A DNA stretch of 61,201 nucleotides, the filler included, from Nemertoderma westbladi (Eukaryota; Animalia; Xenacoelomorpha), in the NCBI GenBank assembly GCA_032718475.1. It is 3 parts of 3 records of this genome, joined end to end, with 100 filler letters (N's around TTAATTAATTAA, not from the genome) between each part and the next. Parts side by side here need not be neighbours in the genome. Positions count along the whole stretch, not along the records: positions 1 to 28,106 come from JAUCBJ010004131.1; positions 28,207 to 45,569 come from JAUCBJ010004278.1; 1 more part is not named here. The stretch is one strand, 5' to 3'. The notes under the pieces were generated by a model that made no database searches, was not told the origin of the DNA, and worked only from the letters and a program-made list of their open reading frames with translations. A program made the position numbers and the translations under genes. This document shows, piece after piece, positions 24,818-37,766 of this stretch (position 1 is its first letter; each line of letters begins with the position of its first letter).

Positions 24818-24923
24818 CATTGAATACATGAATAGAGTAAGACTAATGTAATTCATTGAATCAGAATAAATTATTTATTATCGGTTTAACTCACTCATCC
24901 GTTACTGTTGTTGATTTATCTAT

Positions 24924-25507
24924 TCTGGGACTTCGAGCAGCTCGTGAACAACTAAACCGCTGACGTTAACTAGTCTGGGGCATAGAGCAGCACGTGAACA
25001 ACTAAACTAGCTGGTTACCTAGTCTGGGACTTCGAGCAGCACGTGAACAACTAAGCTGACTGGTTAACTAGTCTGGCGCTTCGTGCAGCACGTGAACAAC
25101 TAAACTGGCTGGTTACCTAGTCTGGGACTTCGAACAGCACGTGAACAACTAAGCTTAACTAGTCTGGGGCTTCGTGCAGCACGTGGACAACTAAGCTGAC
25201 TGGTTAACTAGTCTGGCGCTTCGTGCAGCACGTGAACAACTAAACTGGCGGTTACTCTAGTCTGGGACTTCGAACAGCACGTGAACAACTAACTGGCGTT
25301 AACTAGTCTGGGACTTCGAGCAGCACGTGAACAACTAAGCTGACTGGTTAACTAGTCTGGGGCTTCGTGCAGCACGTGAACAACTAAGCTGACTGGTTAC
25401 CTAGTCTGGGACTTCGAGCAGCACGTGAACAACTAAACTAGCACGTTAACTAGTCTGGGGCTTCGAGCAGCACGTGAACAACTAAGCTGACTGGTTAACT
25501 AGTCTGG
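24924..25507. repeat. About 49-bp tandem array inside the foldback element, with inverted copies at 25560-25737
   Basis: CTAGTCTGGGACTTCGAGCAGCACGTGAACAACTAAGCTGACTGGTTAA, about 12 copies. Confidence 0.9.
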
Positions 25508-27665
25508 TACCGTACATGTCTGGGACAGATATAGCAGTATAGGCAGATGCATTATAGGAAGTCCCAGACTTGTTAACCAGTCAGCTTTAGTTCAGTCGTT
25601 GTTCACGTGCTACTGGAAGTCCCGACTAGTTAACCAGACTGCCAGACAACTTAGTTGTTCACGTCTGCTCTATGCCCCAGACTGCCAGACTAGTTAACGT
25701 CAGGTTTAGACGTTCACGTGCTGCTCGAAGTCCCAGAATAGATAAAACAACAACAATACCGGATGAGTGAGTTAAACCGATAAGAAATAATTTATTCTGA
25801 TTCAATGAATTTACATTAGTCTCTTACTCTATTCATGTATTCAATGTTAAAACAGATTTGAATTTACCGCCAAAATATAGATAGCAGATCTGATCTGCCA
25901 CCCTTTCCAGTACAAATTACATGTCTTTCAATCATTTGAATTTCCCGCGCTATGGAGCAGGGTGGCACCTTTTAGGGACTTGTACTTATCAGTCGCCTAT
26001 TACTTCCAATGGCAACGAGGACAGTGACAGTTTCAGTTTAGGCGGTATGGGCGATGCGCTATTGGAACGTTTCTCTAGCTTATTGGAAGTAAAGATACTT
26101 CCACTCCTAAAGAGGATGGACAGCCTGGAATCTGAAGAATCGTCGTCTATCCCACGAACTGTCTGCTTTAAGAGGTGTTAAAACCACTGATATATCTGTT
26201 ACCGGTCTATCTACAGGTAGTAAGTCTAACTGGCCTTGTATTGGTACGCACATGTTGGTGTAGGCCCACCGACGGTAGACCTACCGATAACCAGCTTACC
26301 GAGACTCGGAATTCATTGACAATCATCAAGCCCTGCAAGGTACTGATGCCTCGGTTAATGCATCGCTGACCTGGGCTGACGAACCTGATCAGTCGAACAC
26401 GAATCCATATATTACTATAGGCCCACGCGGTCGACCCTTTCGCCCATCCAAACAGGCGATTACAGGATCTACTAACCTTCAAAACAATACTCGGGATCGA
26501 ACATATGCTAGGCGCATACCCCAACTGGTACGCGAAAGGGCCAATGTGCCCTTAAAGTAGCTAAGCGGCGTCCTGTTGATTTTAATTTATTTGTGTCTCG
26601 ACTTGCTCCTGAAACGACATCGACGGATATCCTGATGTTTCTCAAGGAAGAACTTGGTGGCCAATTTAATGGCACTTGTAAGCCTATTAAAACGAAATTT
26701 AGCGGTTATAGCAGTTTTGTTTTAACTGCTGACAACTATAAACAACGTCTAATGGATGTTAACCTATGGCCTGAAAGGGTCATCCTTCACCAAGATTAAA
26801 TACCACGCCAGCACCCGAAGGTGATAAACAAGTATCGGATCAGGTTACTCCTTCAAGTAAAAACCAGCTCTAGACTTTCGTCCCTTAGTTAGAACAGTTC
26901 ACCAACTTTTTCCAAGTCAGTAGTTACTAGGGTTTAATTAAATCTATCACAAGCTAGTCTTCATATCTGTTCACCTTAACTTTATTTTACTTTCTGTATC
27001 ACCCTAACATTTCACTTTATTTTTTCTATGCGCAAAGTAGGTTCTAAGCATAGTAGAATTAACCCATGTTCATGTTATGTATGTGAGTCTCATATAACAG
27101 ATAATGAATCATTCACTGTATGTTCGATATGTTATCATCGGTCTTTCATCTGCAGTGTTCCCGATTATCTGAAAATGAGTTTTTAAACTTGGAAAAATCA
27201 AATTTAAAAATTTGGTACTGTTAGTTATGTTATAAGGATATTTTTCCTTTCCACTTTACAGACTCTTCAGATAATGATATATTCTCCAACGAAATTGAAA
27301 GTAATTTAGACACTATCTCTATCCCCATGAATGATAACCTCCAATCACTTAATATTTCCAATTACCACACATGCGATCGCTTTAATGCTGATTATAGTAA
27401 TAATTTATTACAAGGGTTATCTGTATTTCATATTAATATCCTGGGCCTATCTGCGAATTTTAATGAACTTATTTTATTTTTATCAACCCTGCATGCAAGT
27501 TTCGATATTATTGCTATTTCTGAAACTTTTTTGAAAAACGATTTTTCACAACATTTACTAAGTATATCTGGTTACCAAGCGCCTGTAGTCTGCAACAAAG
27601 CCAATGGGACAGCCCATGGTGGTGTTGCAGTTTACGTACGCGACGGGTTATCAGCCCCGCATAGA

Positions 27666-28106
27666 ACACGTTCGTGGGGACTTCGCGCAGCACGTAGTCG
27701 GCAAGCCTTGGCATACGGTTCATATAGAGAAAATGGGGCATGTCTAGTTTGGACCCAATATCCCATGCTATAAATGTATTCATTCGATATACAATCATAT
27801 GTTAATCCGCTAGGTGGTGTCAAATTGTTATTCTGCAATTTCGTACTTACCAGTGCAGCACTGTACAGCAGTACCGTACCGGTAGGCCTATGTCATTACT
27901 TCTGAGTCTCTAGCGGATCCCCAATTAAATGTCTTAACTTTTCAATTTCGTAAAAGATAGACCACCAACAGGCCACCAAAATTTCAGCTCAGGAAAATGA
28001 GGCCTTCCCGAGAAATTTAACATTTTCTAAAAACTACATAATCTGTCGTAGCTGACGTCAGACTGCATGATTTTTCACCAAACTTTACAAACTTTCTAAA
28101 CTTTCT
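27666..28106 (-). mobile_element. Related HINE family member running into the gap
   Basis: Terminus ACACGTTCGTGGGGACTTCGCGCAGCACG; internal CCGCTAGGTGGTG and CTCTAGCGG. Confidence 0.6.
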
Positions 28107-28206
28107 NNNNNNNNNNNNNNNNNNNNNNNNNNNNNNNNNNNNNNNNNNNNTTAATTAATTAANNNNNNNNNNNNNNNNNNNNNNNNNNNNNNNNNNNNNN
28201 NNNNNN
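28107..28206. other. Scaffold gap with artificial TTAATTAATTAA linker
   Basis: 100-nt N run with a central six-frame-stop linker. Confidence 0.97.
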
Positions 28207-28284
28207 ACTTGAAACTTGATTCATAAAAAAAGCTAAACTTGATGCAATCTCAGAGCATAGAACATGTAGTGTATCTATAACAAT

Positions 28285-29469
28285 ACACGAAGTGGGGCCT
28301 TCGCGCAGCACGGGACTTAAATTCAATTTAAGTACTAATTCGAAAGTATTACTGTATTAGCAAATTTTAAGCAGATTTCGCCTAATCACTTTTTACCTCT
28401 TTCATTTCTATTCAGACATTTCTGACTCTAGCGGTATAGTGAGAACTGAAGATGGATTAGGGTCTCCAGCCCCACAAAGACACAGCCTATGGATGAATAG
28501 TACATACGTACATCGGCCAAGTTTCATCTTGAATAACGGATAACGAAATGAGAGACGGATCTCACTTTCAGAAATTTCGTCGTATAGCGGCAGACCGATT
28601 AAATCTCCCCCCCCCCCCCCCCCCCCCCCACAAAGACGCAGCATGTGGTCCAGAATATATGGCAAGATTCAGCTTAAACTGATTAAAATCAATGAGACGG
28701 GAGAATCTATTCACTTTCAGGCATAAAGTAGTCCTATAGCGGGTGACTGTTGAACTGATTTTCAACAAAACAAATTTTCAACTTGGCAGCTTTAAATTCG
28801 ACAAAGTTATAAGCATGTCAATATCATAACGACGACAACGATTTCACTTTCAGACATTTGGCCCTCTAGCGGCAGACTGGAGAACTGCAGATGGATTCGC
28901 CTCCTTTGAAAGTCACAGCTAATGGTCTAATACATATCTGCCAAGTTTCAGCTTGAACGGATTAAAAGCAAAGAAATGGGAGGGCATTTAATGTTTAGAC
29001 ATGTGGCCCTCTAGCGGGAGACCATTGCACTGATGGTGTCTGAAAGTCTCTCAAAAATCTCAACTTTAGCTCATATTGATACCTACAAATTTTCAACTTG
29101 GCAGCTTTAAATCCGACAAAGTTATTAGCATGTCAAAATCGTAACGACGACAACGAGTTCACTTTCAGACCTTTGGCCCTCTAGCGGCAGACTGGAGAAC
29201 TGCAGATGGATTCGCCTCCTTTGAAAGTCACAGCTAATGGTCTAATACATATCTGCCAAGTTTCAGCTTAAACGGATTAAAAGCAAAGAAATGGGAGGGC
29301 ATTTAATGTTTAGACATGTGGCCCTCTAGCGGGAGACCATTGCACTGATGGTGTCTGAAAGTGTCTCAAAAATCTCAACTTTTGCTCATATTGATACCTA
29401 CAAATTTTCAACTTGGCAGCTTTAAATCCGACAAAGTTATTAGCATGTCAAAATCGTAACGACGACGAC

Positions 29470-29501
<32 letters not shown>

Positions 29502-29580
29502 CAACTATTTGCATAAATTGACCCACCACCTAACAGTGTCAATTCGCTAAGGCTCCGCCAACTTCGTGGCTCGCCCCACA
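28285..29580 (-). mobile_element. HINE copy 4 (complete)
   Basis: Near-identical reverse complement of 17438-18775. Confidence 0.85.
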
Positions 29581-29644
29581 AAATGCCACTAACATTATTA
29601 TTATTAATTATTCCTTTACTAAGGAGCAACATATTAGTTTTTAA

Positions 29645-31418
29645 GGGGAGGTGGAGCCATTATATTTTCCCATACAATCGCCTTTTTAACATATGCTCAG
29701 TTTTCTCCGGAACTTCTACTTTGTTCGATTTTCTAAAATTTGGTATGCTTTTACAGTAGCCACTGAGAAAGACTTGGAACCTTAAAAAATACGAAATTTT
29801 TGATTTTTATTTTTCACATTTTTGAAAAAAGCTCAAAAATTTGGAATTTGGTCCTAAAACACAAGGAATGCGGATAAGTTAACTACGAAATTAGAGGTTC
29901 TTAGTTATGCGCTTCACCGCCACGGATCATGTGTCAAAATGTCAAAGTAATACAGGAGAAGATTTCAGCATTTAAAGTTTTCAAACCTTCCCGTGAGATT
30001 TCACAAATAGAGGGCATTTTCAAACATATTATTGTCCAATTTTTTCTCGTCATTCGTCGGCACGACGAGATGAGGGATGTGGTAGGCGAGCTGTGTGCGA
30101 AGGTATTGGGGGAGAGCGCTGTTAGGCGGGAGGTAGTGTTGCGGGAGGGGCAGTACTTGGGTGAGGCAGGGGTCAGAACTGACTTAGTTGTCCGTGGTGT
30201 GTGGGAGCCGCAGAGGGAGGTGTCGTTTGACATATGCGTTGTAAGCGCTGACGCTCCCTCCTACCGCAACCGCTCCACAGACAATATATTGCGGGCGAAG
30301 GAGAGTTCGAAGAAGCACCACCACTGCCAAATCACTGAGCAGCTTCGAATCACCTTCGCTCCGCTGCGGTCACTGGTCACTGCTGACGGAGTCTGGGGGA
30401 AGGAAGCCTCCCACTTCCTTCACCACCTTGCGACACACCTCTCCTTTAAGGAGGGCTGGAAGGAGAAGCCTAGTGGTTCGGTATTGGGTTGGGTGAGGGC
30501 GCGGCTTTCTATCGCCTTGGTCCGGTCAGTGGGTCTTTGTTTGAGGGGTGGGCGGATGTCGTGGCGGCCAATAGGGCTTGACGATGGCGCAGGGATGTGG
30601 GCAGTGCGTTAGAAGAGGGATAATTCAGCGAGGCTCGTGAGGATCTCGCTGCTCTGGAGAAGGATTACGAGGAGGTTGGAGTTGATAGTGGTGGATCCGA
30701 AGATGAGGAGGGAGAGGAGGAATATTAGATGTACACTTTACAAACTCTATTCATTCAGCCGTCACTACTAGAAATATGCAACTCTTGGGTGTTTATATTA
30801 ATATTAATTACTATTAATTTTAGTTATGTACGGGATTATTTGTCAATTAATTTAATTATAGTAGAGTATATATATATTATAAGTGATATAAACTGATCAA
30901 ATTATATTAGTTGCTGCATGTATAAATAAATGTAGAAATTATTGTCCAATTTTGAAAGACATTTTGTCAAACTTAAACCTTCGCTATGGGGTTTTCCTGG
31001 TCCGTGATTTCATTTCCGACGCCAGTTTTCACGATTGACGGTTTTGGTTTGAATTAAGTCTGGTGTATTTTTTATATTTTGACCGACTGACCGAAAGACA
31101 GACAGACCGACATATGCACAGACAGGTTTAGAATCCGTAAATCGTTGAAACTGATACCAGAAATGAAATCACAGATTAGGAAAACCCCATAGCGAAAGTT
31201 TTAGTTAGGTGTGGTGAGATTTTTTTACTGCAATTTCACAGTCCAACGGACAGACAGACCGACAAACGGACAGAGATTCGAGCGTTTTTGGAGTATGATA
31301 CAGTAGTGCTTTAAAGTGTAGATATTTATAATCTACGGAAAATTGTGATCTTAATCAACTAAAAAAAAATTTCCAAAAAAAAAACATTTTTTAAAAATTT
31401 TAAGGGTTCCATCTCCCA
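29645..31418. mobile_element. Kolobok-like non-autonomous element hosting a retrotransposon insertion
   Basis: TTAA at 29641-29644 and 31419-31422; imperfect TIR GGGGAGGTGGAGCC/GGTTCCATCTCCCA. Confidence 0.65.
30044..30937 (+). mobile_element. 5'-truncated CRE-type retrotransposon: restriction-like endonuclease (RLE) domain plus 3' UTR
   Basis: RHDEMRD..RTDLVVRGVW..FDICV..APSY..ESSKK..FAPL..WVRARLSIAL; 16-bp TSD ATTATTGTCCAATTTT at 30028-30043 and 30938-30953; AATAAA just before the end. Confidence 0.85.
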
Positions 31419-31576
31419 TTAAACCAATTTCGTTACTGATGGTGTATCGTTGCAATCCTTAAAAGAAGTGTCTGTCCATTTTTAGATACTCAATAGTATT
31501 CCTAATGACAAAGAACTTAAACATATCAATACAGTACGTTGAATCGATTTGTTGGTACTGGAGTACTGTAATTGCT

Positions 31577-32300
31577 ACCAATTTTTTGACCAAAATTTTG
31601 ACAGTTAACTTTGAAAGTCCTCAGCAAGTCTCTGATCGGATGAGCATAAGCTCCAAAGATGGTATGCTTAAGCATGTGGATGACTTCTGTTACCTGGGAT
31701 CATGGATCCGGAAGTCAGGTGAGGACCTTCGAATACGTAAGGAAAAGGCATGGGCAGCCTTGAATAGGCATTCCAGGATTTGGAAGTCAACGAGAATTAA
31801 TCGGAAACTTAAGGTCCGATTATTTAGAGCAGCAGTAGTTCCAGTACTCCTCTATGGGAGTCCATGCTGGGCTCTAACTGCTGAGGACACTAAATCTCTG
31901 GATGGCACATTCACAAGAATGCTACGCCGGGTTCATTGTGTCAAGTACAATGCACACATCTCCAACCAGACACTATATAACATTGGAGGTGTCTCATTGG
32001 TTACCCCAAGCTTGACACTAGAACAAAATCGCCTCCGCTTTGCAGGACATTGCTTTCGCCGTGAGGACCAGCCAGTGCATAATCTTGTACTTTGGCAGCC
32101 TCATGGAGTGAATAAGCATGGTGGACAGCCCATGACTTTCTTGAGACGCATCTTAAAGGACACTGGCCTTGAAGATGCGGATGATCTAGCAAATGTCATG
32201 GGTGATAGGGAGTTATGGCGGTGCAATTTTGTCGATAAGCCGGCACAGCATTCTTAGAAATGCAGCTGTAATGCAGCATGCCGATCCTAGTAGTAGTAGT
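31577..32300 (+). mobile_element. 5'-truncated RTE-clade LINE
   Basis: DFCYLGSWI, KVRLFRAAVVPVLLYGS, RLRFAGHCFR; (AGT)n tail; TSD AGTACTGTAATTGCT at 31562-31576 and 32298-32312. Confidence 0.88.
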
Positions 32301-33004
32301 ACTGTAATTGCTTTGTTACAAACAAAAAACAAAAAGTGAAATGAATGAAATGAAGTGAAATGAATTCAGAGTACCTGGGGGTACTGAATTACTGTAGTAT
32401 AAAGTATAAAGTTGTATATAGCCAATGTAATAATCGGTCCGAAATGACCTTTAACCCTAACGAATTAATCCTGGAGCAGGAACACAAGGTGATTGAACCT
32501 TGCGTTAAACTTCGCGACTCTCGTTTCCGTCAATGTTACTTCCATCGTCTTGATCAGCAGCAAACGTTTCTCTGGACAGAGCGATTACGGCGCTTTTGGA
32601 CTGGTCTAGACCCTTTGTGGTTGAGACTCTTCCTGGTGGCTCTGGCCACTCTCTGTTGTGGAAAAACGTCGGATTGAACGTCTAATCACAGTATCTAAAA
32701 GGTAATTAAATAAAAATAATGTTAAATTACTATTACTACTATAATTAAATTATAACTAATATTACTACTATAATTACTACTATTATTAAAAGTGTTAAAG
32801 TACAGCACACCATGACCCGTAATATACAGTAGTGTCATTTTCTGATGACACGGACCCCCCCCCCCCCAAATTTTTCTACAAATCTTTATCATATTGCTTG
32901 AAATTTGAAACAAAACTAGTTCAACTCACCGTGATTGTTACCATGAAGCCGGAGTTTTAGATTTTGCCTTTACATTTTTTATAAGCGTTTTAAAAAAGTG
33001 TCTT

Positions 33005-33530
33005 TTGCGAAATTGCACATCTCATATCATCGCCATTCTTCACATTAACCTCGCTTTATAGATATCATTAAAAAGCTTGCGTTCCAAGGATTCCAAATAT
33101 GTAACAATGTTTGAATTTCGTTGAGAAACAGCTGAGATATAGGCGTTCAAAGATTGCAAGAATTATCGTTCGCTGCAGGCCATTTATTCTATTTAATAAA
33201 TACACAATATTCTGGAACAATTTGATTATGTATGATTAGCTACGCAATATAGATATTGTATAGGCATACCACTGTTGCCAACCAACTCTTAAAATAAATA
33301 ACACGTTCTAGAATTTTGTGTATTTATTAAATAGAATAAATGGCCTGCAGCGAACAATAATTCTTGCAATCTTTGAACGCCTATTTCTCAGCTGTTTCTC
33401 AACGAAATTCAGATATTGTTACATATTTGGAATCCTTGTAACGTAAGCTTTCTATTGATATGAAAATATATATTACGACTAATGTGGAGAATGGCAATGA
33501 TACGGATGGTTTGTTTTCGCAAAATACACA
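33005..33530. mobile_element. Foldback MITE core, probably Tc1/mariner-like, possibly starting at TA-CAGT near 32825
   Basis: 33073-33218 is the inverted copy of 33305-33450. Confidence 0.65.
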
Positions 33531-35205
33531 TTTTTAATAATTCTTTCATTCACTAAACTTTGGGCCATGTAACAAGACATAACACCAAAGGCAGTACAAT
33601 AATTAGTACTGATGATTATGTGAACAAGTGTTAATGGCTGCGGATCACCTATGACCCGTATAAGCGTATAACCCGTAACCCGTAGCGTATAACCCGTATA
33701 AGTACCTAGGCCAACACACAGTCTACTTTATTTAAATTACCCGTACTTATCCGCCTCACCCTTACCTACAGTATAAAAATAATTTAAACATACTGTACAT
33801 TATTCATTTATTTTAGGCTACCTTAATACTATCTAATGATCTCTACAGAGTAAATAATACCTAAATTAAACGCAATATAGGATATATACTGTAGATCTGT
33901 GCTGTTTTGAAATATACAGTAAGTATTTTATGTTTAGAGTATTTTAAGATACCGGTAATATTCTTGTTTTTATTAAAACTACACTAACCACTTAGCACTT
34001 CAACCTTCTCTGAGGCGGCTTTATGACGAGTAGTAGGCCTACAGCCACTCATGTTGACCGATTATTCGGATGATCGATCGGCAATCGATTGTTTGTTCCT
34101 CAGAAAGTAGACAGTTCTATACTTTCAGAGAAAAATAATTCACAACTGCTTGAGGGGCGATCGTTGACACTCATTAGCATCCACCGCTGCCATCATGGGA
34201 AGTAATAATCTAAAAATGTCAATATATATTTTTGATAATACATTGGGTGTATACCTTCAGCCTTTAAGGAAAACCTCACCATTCGGATTATCCAAACTCC
34301 TTTCTACAACACTTAAATATTTTATTGTCGATCAATAATTGGTTAACACTTTGTTATCACTCAGTAATGAAAAAATGTATTTATTATAAAACGGCAGCAT
34401 GGGCTCCGTGTCGAATCTAATTTAATTTAGACCTAAGCACTTTGCATGACATTTCTCTCTATGTAATTTGGACCAATCAGAAAACAGTATTCGCCGACGC
34501 GTATGCATACGCGTATGTCTGTATGTGAAATCGCTCAATATAATGCTGTATAGATACGTGGCTATACGTACGACATACGTGGAAAAGTTTAACCCCATAT
34601 ACGATTGATGCAAATGCGATAGACAAATACGATATATCGATATCAGAGCTATCGGTATGCATACGAAACGAATACTTTTAGTGTCAAACCCTAAGTAGTT
34701 GAATCTTTACATTTGAATATCCCGCATGTTACGTTTAACAGTTAAATGTAACCATCCAATCCAATCCAAATAGAACACGTTTGCAAATTTAACACTGAAA
34801 CTGTCAGACTGCACAGAATCGTAGTAGGCAGGTCAGCAGGTAGGCATACAGCAGTACTGCAGTACCCACCCACGACAGGCTGACAGGTGCAAGGCAGCTC
34901 TCGCTCGCTGTATATACAGCAGTACAGTACTGCAGTAGGCAGGGCTACTGCAGTCTACAAGGTGCAAGGACTTGGAGGTGGAGGTATTGTCTAACTAGCC
35001 AGCTAGCTGACTAGGCCTACTGACTGACTGAACTATTGCAGTATTCAGGTATTGGCTGCTTGGTACAGTGGTACCGGTACCTGTTGCCAGTCCTGTAGGC
35101 CAGTTCAGCAGTAGGCCTATCTGTCAGTCTGTGTAACTGTCTGACTGTGTAATGTGTAGCGTGTAGGGCCTACAGTACACCAATCTGCCAGTAGAGCCGG
35201 TATTA

Positions 35206-37761
35206 CAGTTAGGAACACTGGTCACTTTCTGGCTGAAGCTCAGCCAAAAATTGTCCACGTATTTCAGTATTTACAGCCAGAAAGTGTCCGTGCAGCCACT
35301 ATTTGTCCTTCACAGGCTGCGATTATATTTCCGGACATATTTTGGCTGTAACTCCACTAGTACCCAAAGCAAAAGCTGGACACATAACACATACACATAA
35401 CAGTAGGGAACACATGCCCGAATTGGCAGCACAGACGCACTGCCATTTTTGAAAAATGCACTGCCATATTAGGCAGTTTTACCCTAAATTTCGGATAAAA
35501 TGTGAATTTGTATCAACTTCCTGCTGGAAGGGCCCCATTTTTATTTCATTGGATGAAAATATGATATATATTGGTGGTAAATACAAAATGTAGTAAGAGT
35601 TTCATGGTTGGGTTTTGGAGATATTTGACATTGAAAATTGGAAGTCAAAAACATGCACTGCCTAAAATGGCAGTTATGGTATTGAATTAATTCCTTCTGT
35701 CAGTCTGTCTGACTGTAGGAGAGCTGGAGAGCCTGGCAATGCCAGGCGTCCTTCAGTCCTTCAGAGTTTATCTATCTCTGTCTGTACTGTATCTGCTAAA
35801 CAGCCTATAAATCTACAGTGTATAAGACTATCCTTTTGAAAGCAATTTATATATTTTATTTTTGTTAGTTATTCAGTTAACTGGTTAACAATTTACACAG
35901 TCACTGACAGACTGACAGGTAATTTATTAATATATTTATTATACTGTATAAAATATTAATATATATGTGGCCATTATAATAACAATATGTATTATAGGCC
36001 TATAGTTTGTTAATATTAAAAGTTACGGTTCGCTAATGATACAATTTATGTTTATTGACTGATTGATATGGTAACTGATAATTATTGATAGTAAATATTT
36101 AGTAATAAAATCATTATGCCTAATATATATCATATTTAAAAATGTCATATCTTTAAGGGGTCTGTACATAAATTTACCTCCCCTTGATAAATTTATTGTT
36201 TAATAATTTATGGATGTAGAAAGAAATTTCTTATAAGGCACTGTTTAAGGATTAACTGATAAGGCATTATTTGTTAACAAAATACAAATTACTGTATAAG
36301 AAGTCATCATCAGATCATTAGTAAGAAATAATTAAATCCAATTTAGATACTAAAAAATAGTCTATATTTAGATTAACACGTTCACACACAAAATTTATAT
36401 AATAAACTAGTATTTTGATACAGTATGACTTACCGGCTGACCAGTAATCTAAAATTGATATAAATCAATTAATTGTAAATTGATACAGTATTATGTTGGT
36501 TTTACAGTAGATTGAAAACGTAAAATATAGATCTGTAGATAGAGTGAGCAATGAGTAAAACCAACATAAATATAAAATAATAATAAAGATAATATATTCT
36601 AACAAACACATATTGCAACAGTATATTTATTCAAAGCAAAATTTGATACTAATGTTTTGGTGTACAAGAACAATAGGCTGGCTGTGAGTGGCTGGATAGG
36701 TTAAAACGTTAATAGTAAAACATGTAGAGTAAAACAAACAAGTAAAACAAACATAATAGTGAATATCTACAATATAAAAATATTACAAATTAAAAATGAA
36801 AATTAACAAGCTATTATTGCGATAGTATAAATTAAGCTAAAACTGAGATCAGCGTTTATCAGTTTATGTTTACAATAGGCAATAGGAGTATGTAGATTAA
36901 AACACATACAAAGTCATACATTCGATAATAGTAACGGATATAGACTGATAGAGAATGCAATAGACACCAACATGTGAACATACCATATACAGATATAATA
37001 TTTACAAATTCAGGAGAAAAATGATCGGGTCTTTCTTTTTCCAACTTTCCCAGTCTACTGGTGTTTCAAACTGTGAAAAATTCATTTATAAAATCTGTTG
37101 AATATTGGTTATTTATATATATATTGTTTCCATCAGAATTGCTGAATTGTATGTAATGCTGAATGCATTTTCTGATTTTACACTGCCATTTTAAGCATTG
37201 CACTGCTAGTTCAAACAGTATGCTGCTATATTAAGCAGAACACTGCTATTTTGGGCAGTTCATGCTTTTGACTAGCAATTTTCAAAGTCTGATGTCTCTA
37301 AAACCCAACTGTGAAAGTCTACCAAATTTTCTATTTACCTTGCAATACATATTATATTTTCATCCCATGAAATAAAAAAGGGGCCCTTCGAGCAGGAAGT
37401 TAATAAAAATTGACATTTTATCAGAAATTTAGGCTAAAACTGCCTAATATGGCAGTGCATTTTGCAAAGTCTGCACTGCCTGTTTGGGCATGTGTTCCCT
37501 ACTGCATAAGGTGACAATTTTTACTTTTAATATTAATGATAGTTATCCCAACGATGAGATTCTAATTCTCAAATTAATTTATACAGAACTTTATGGCGAT
37601 TCTAATGGCATAATTTTTAGAATGCCAATGTTAAAATTTCACTGCCGGTTTTCAAATGAAATTTAGCATTGTTTTCTATGGAGAAATTTCACTCTGAGAG
37701 CGTTTTCCGCGGACACATTCTGGCTGTAAATTGGACATATTGTGACCAGTGTTCCTGACTG
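35206..37761. mobile_element. CAGT-ended DNA element A, 5-bp TSD (hAT5-like)
   Basis: TIR CAGT(T/C)AGGAACACTGGTCAC; TATTA at 35201-35205 and 37762-37766; an uninterrupted copy lies at 41107-41520. Confidence 0.85.
35401..37504. mobile_element. CAGT-ended DNA element C nested in element A
   Basis: TIR CAGTAGGGAACACATGCCC with long subterminal inverted arms; TSD CATAA. Confidence 0.85.
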
Positions 37762-37766
37762 TATTA

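Larger units (their letters stand above)
22488..25983. mobile_element. Foldback/MULE-like element with long TIRs and a 9-bp TSD
   Basis: ACTTATCAG at 22479-22487 and 25984-25992; ends ACAAGTCCCTAAA/TTTAGGGACTTGT; several hundred bp of inverted arms once the inner insertion is removed. Confidence 0.85.
22285..27650 (+). mobile_element. Second CR1/L2-group LINE remnant (ORF1 plus start of ORF2), split by nested DNA transposons
   Basis: ORF1-like FVSRLAPETT..CKPIKTKFSGYSSF..LWPE at 26590-26799; PHD remnant at about 27070-27250; endonuclease motifs FHINI..FDIIAISETF..GGVAVYV at 27327-27650; left boundary uncertain. Confidence 0.7.

Noticed and set aside
24924-25507. CRISPR-like repeat/spacer appearance
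   Set aside because: Intervening segments are variants of one another, there are no cas genes, and the context is a eukaryotic transposon
28151-28162. TTAATTAATTAA palindrome within N runs (also at 45614)
   Set aside because: Artificial scaffolding linker
29929-30043. N-terminal part of the 227-aa ORF
   Set aside because: Lies outside the TSD-defined retrotransposon; chance read-through from the host repeat
20796-30937. Idea that the CRE RT remnant and the RLE fragment are halves of one element
   Set aside because: The RLE fragment has its own TSD, opposite base skew, and lies beyond a scaffold gap
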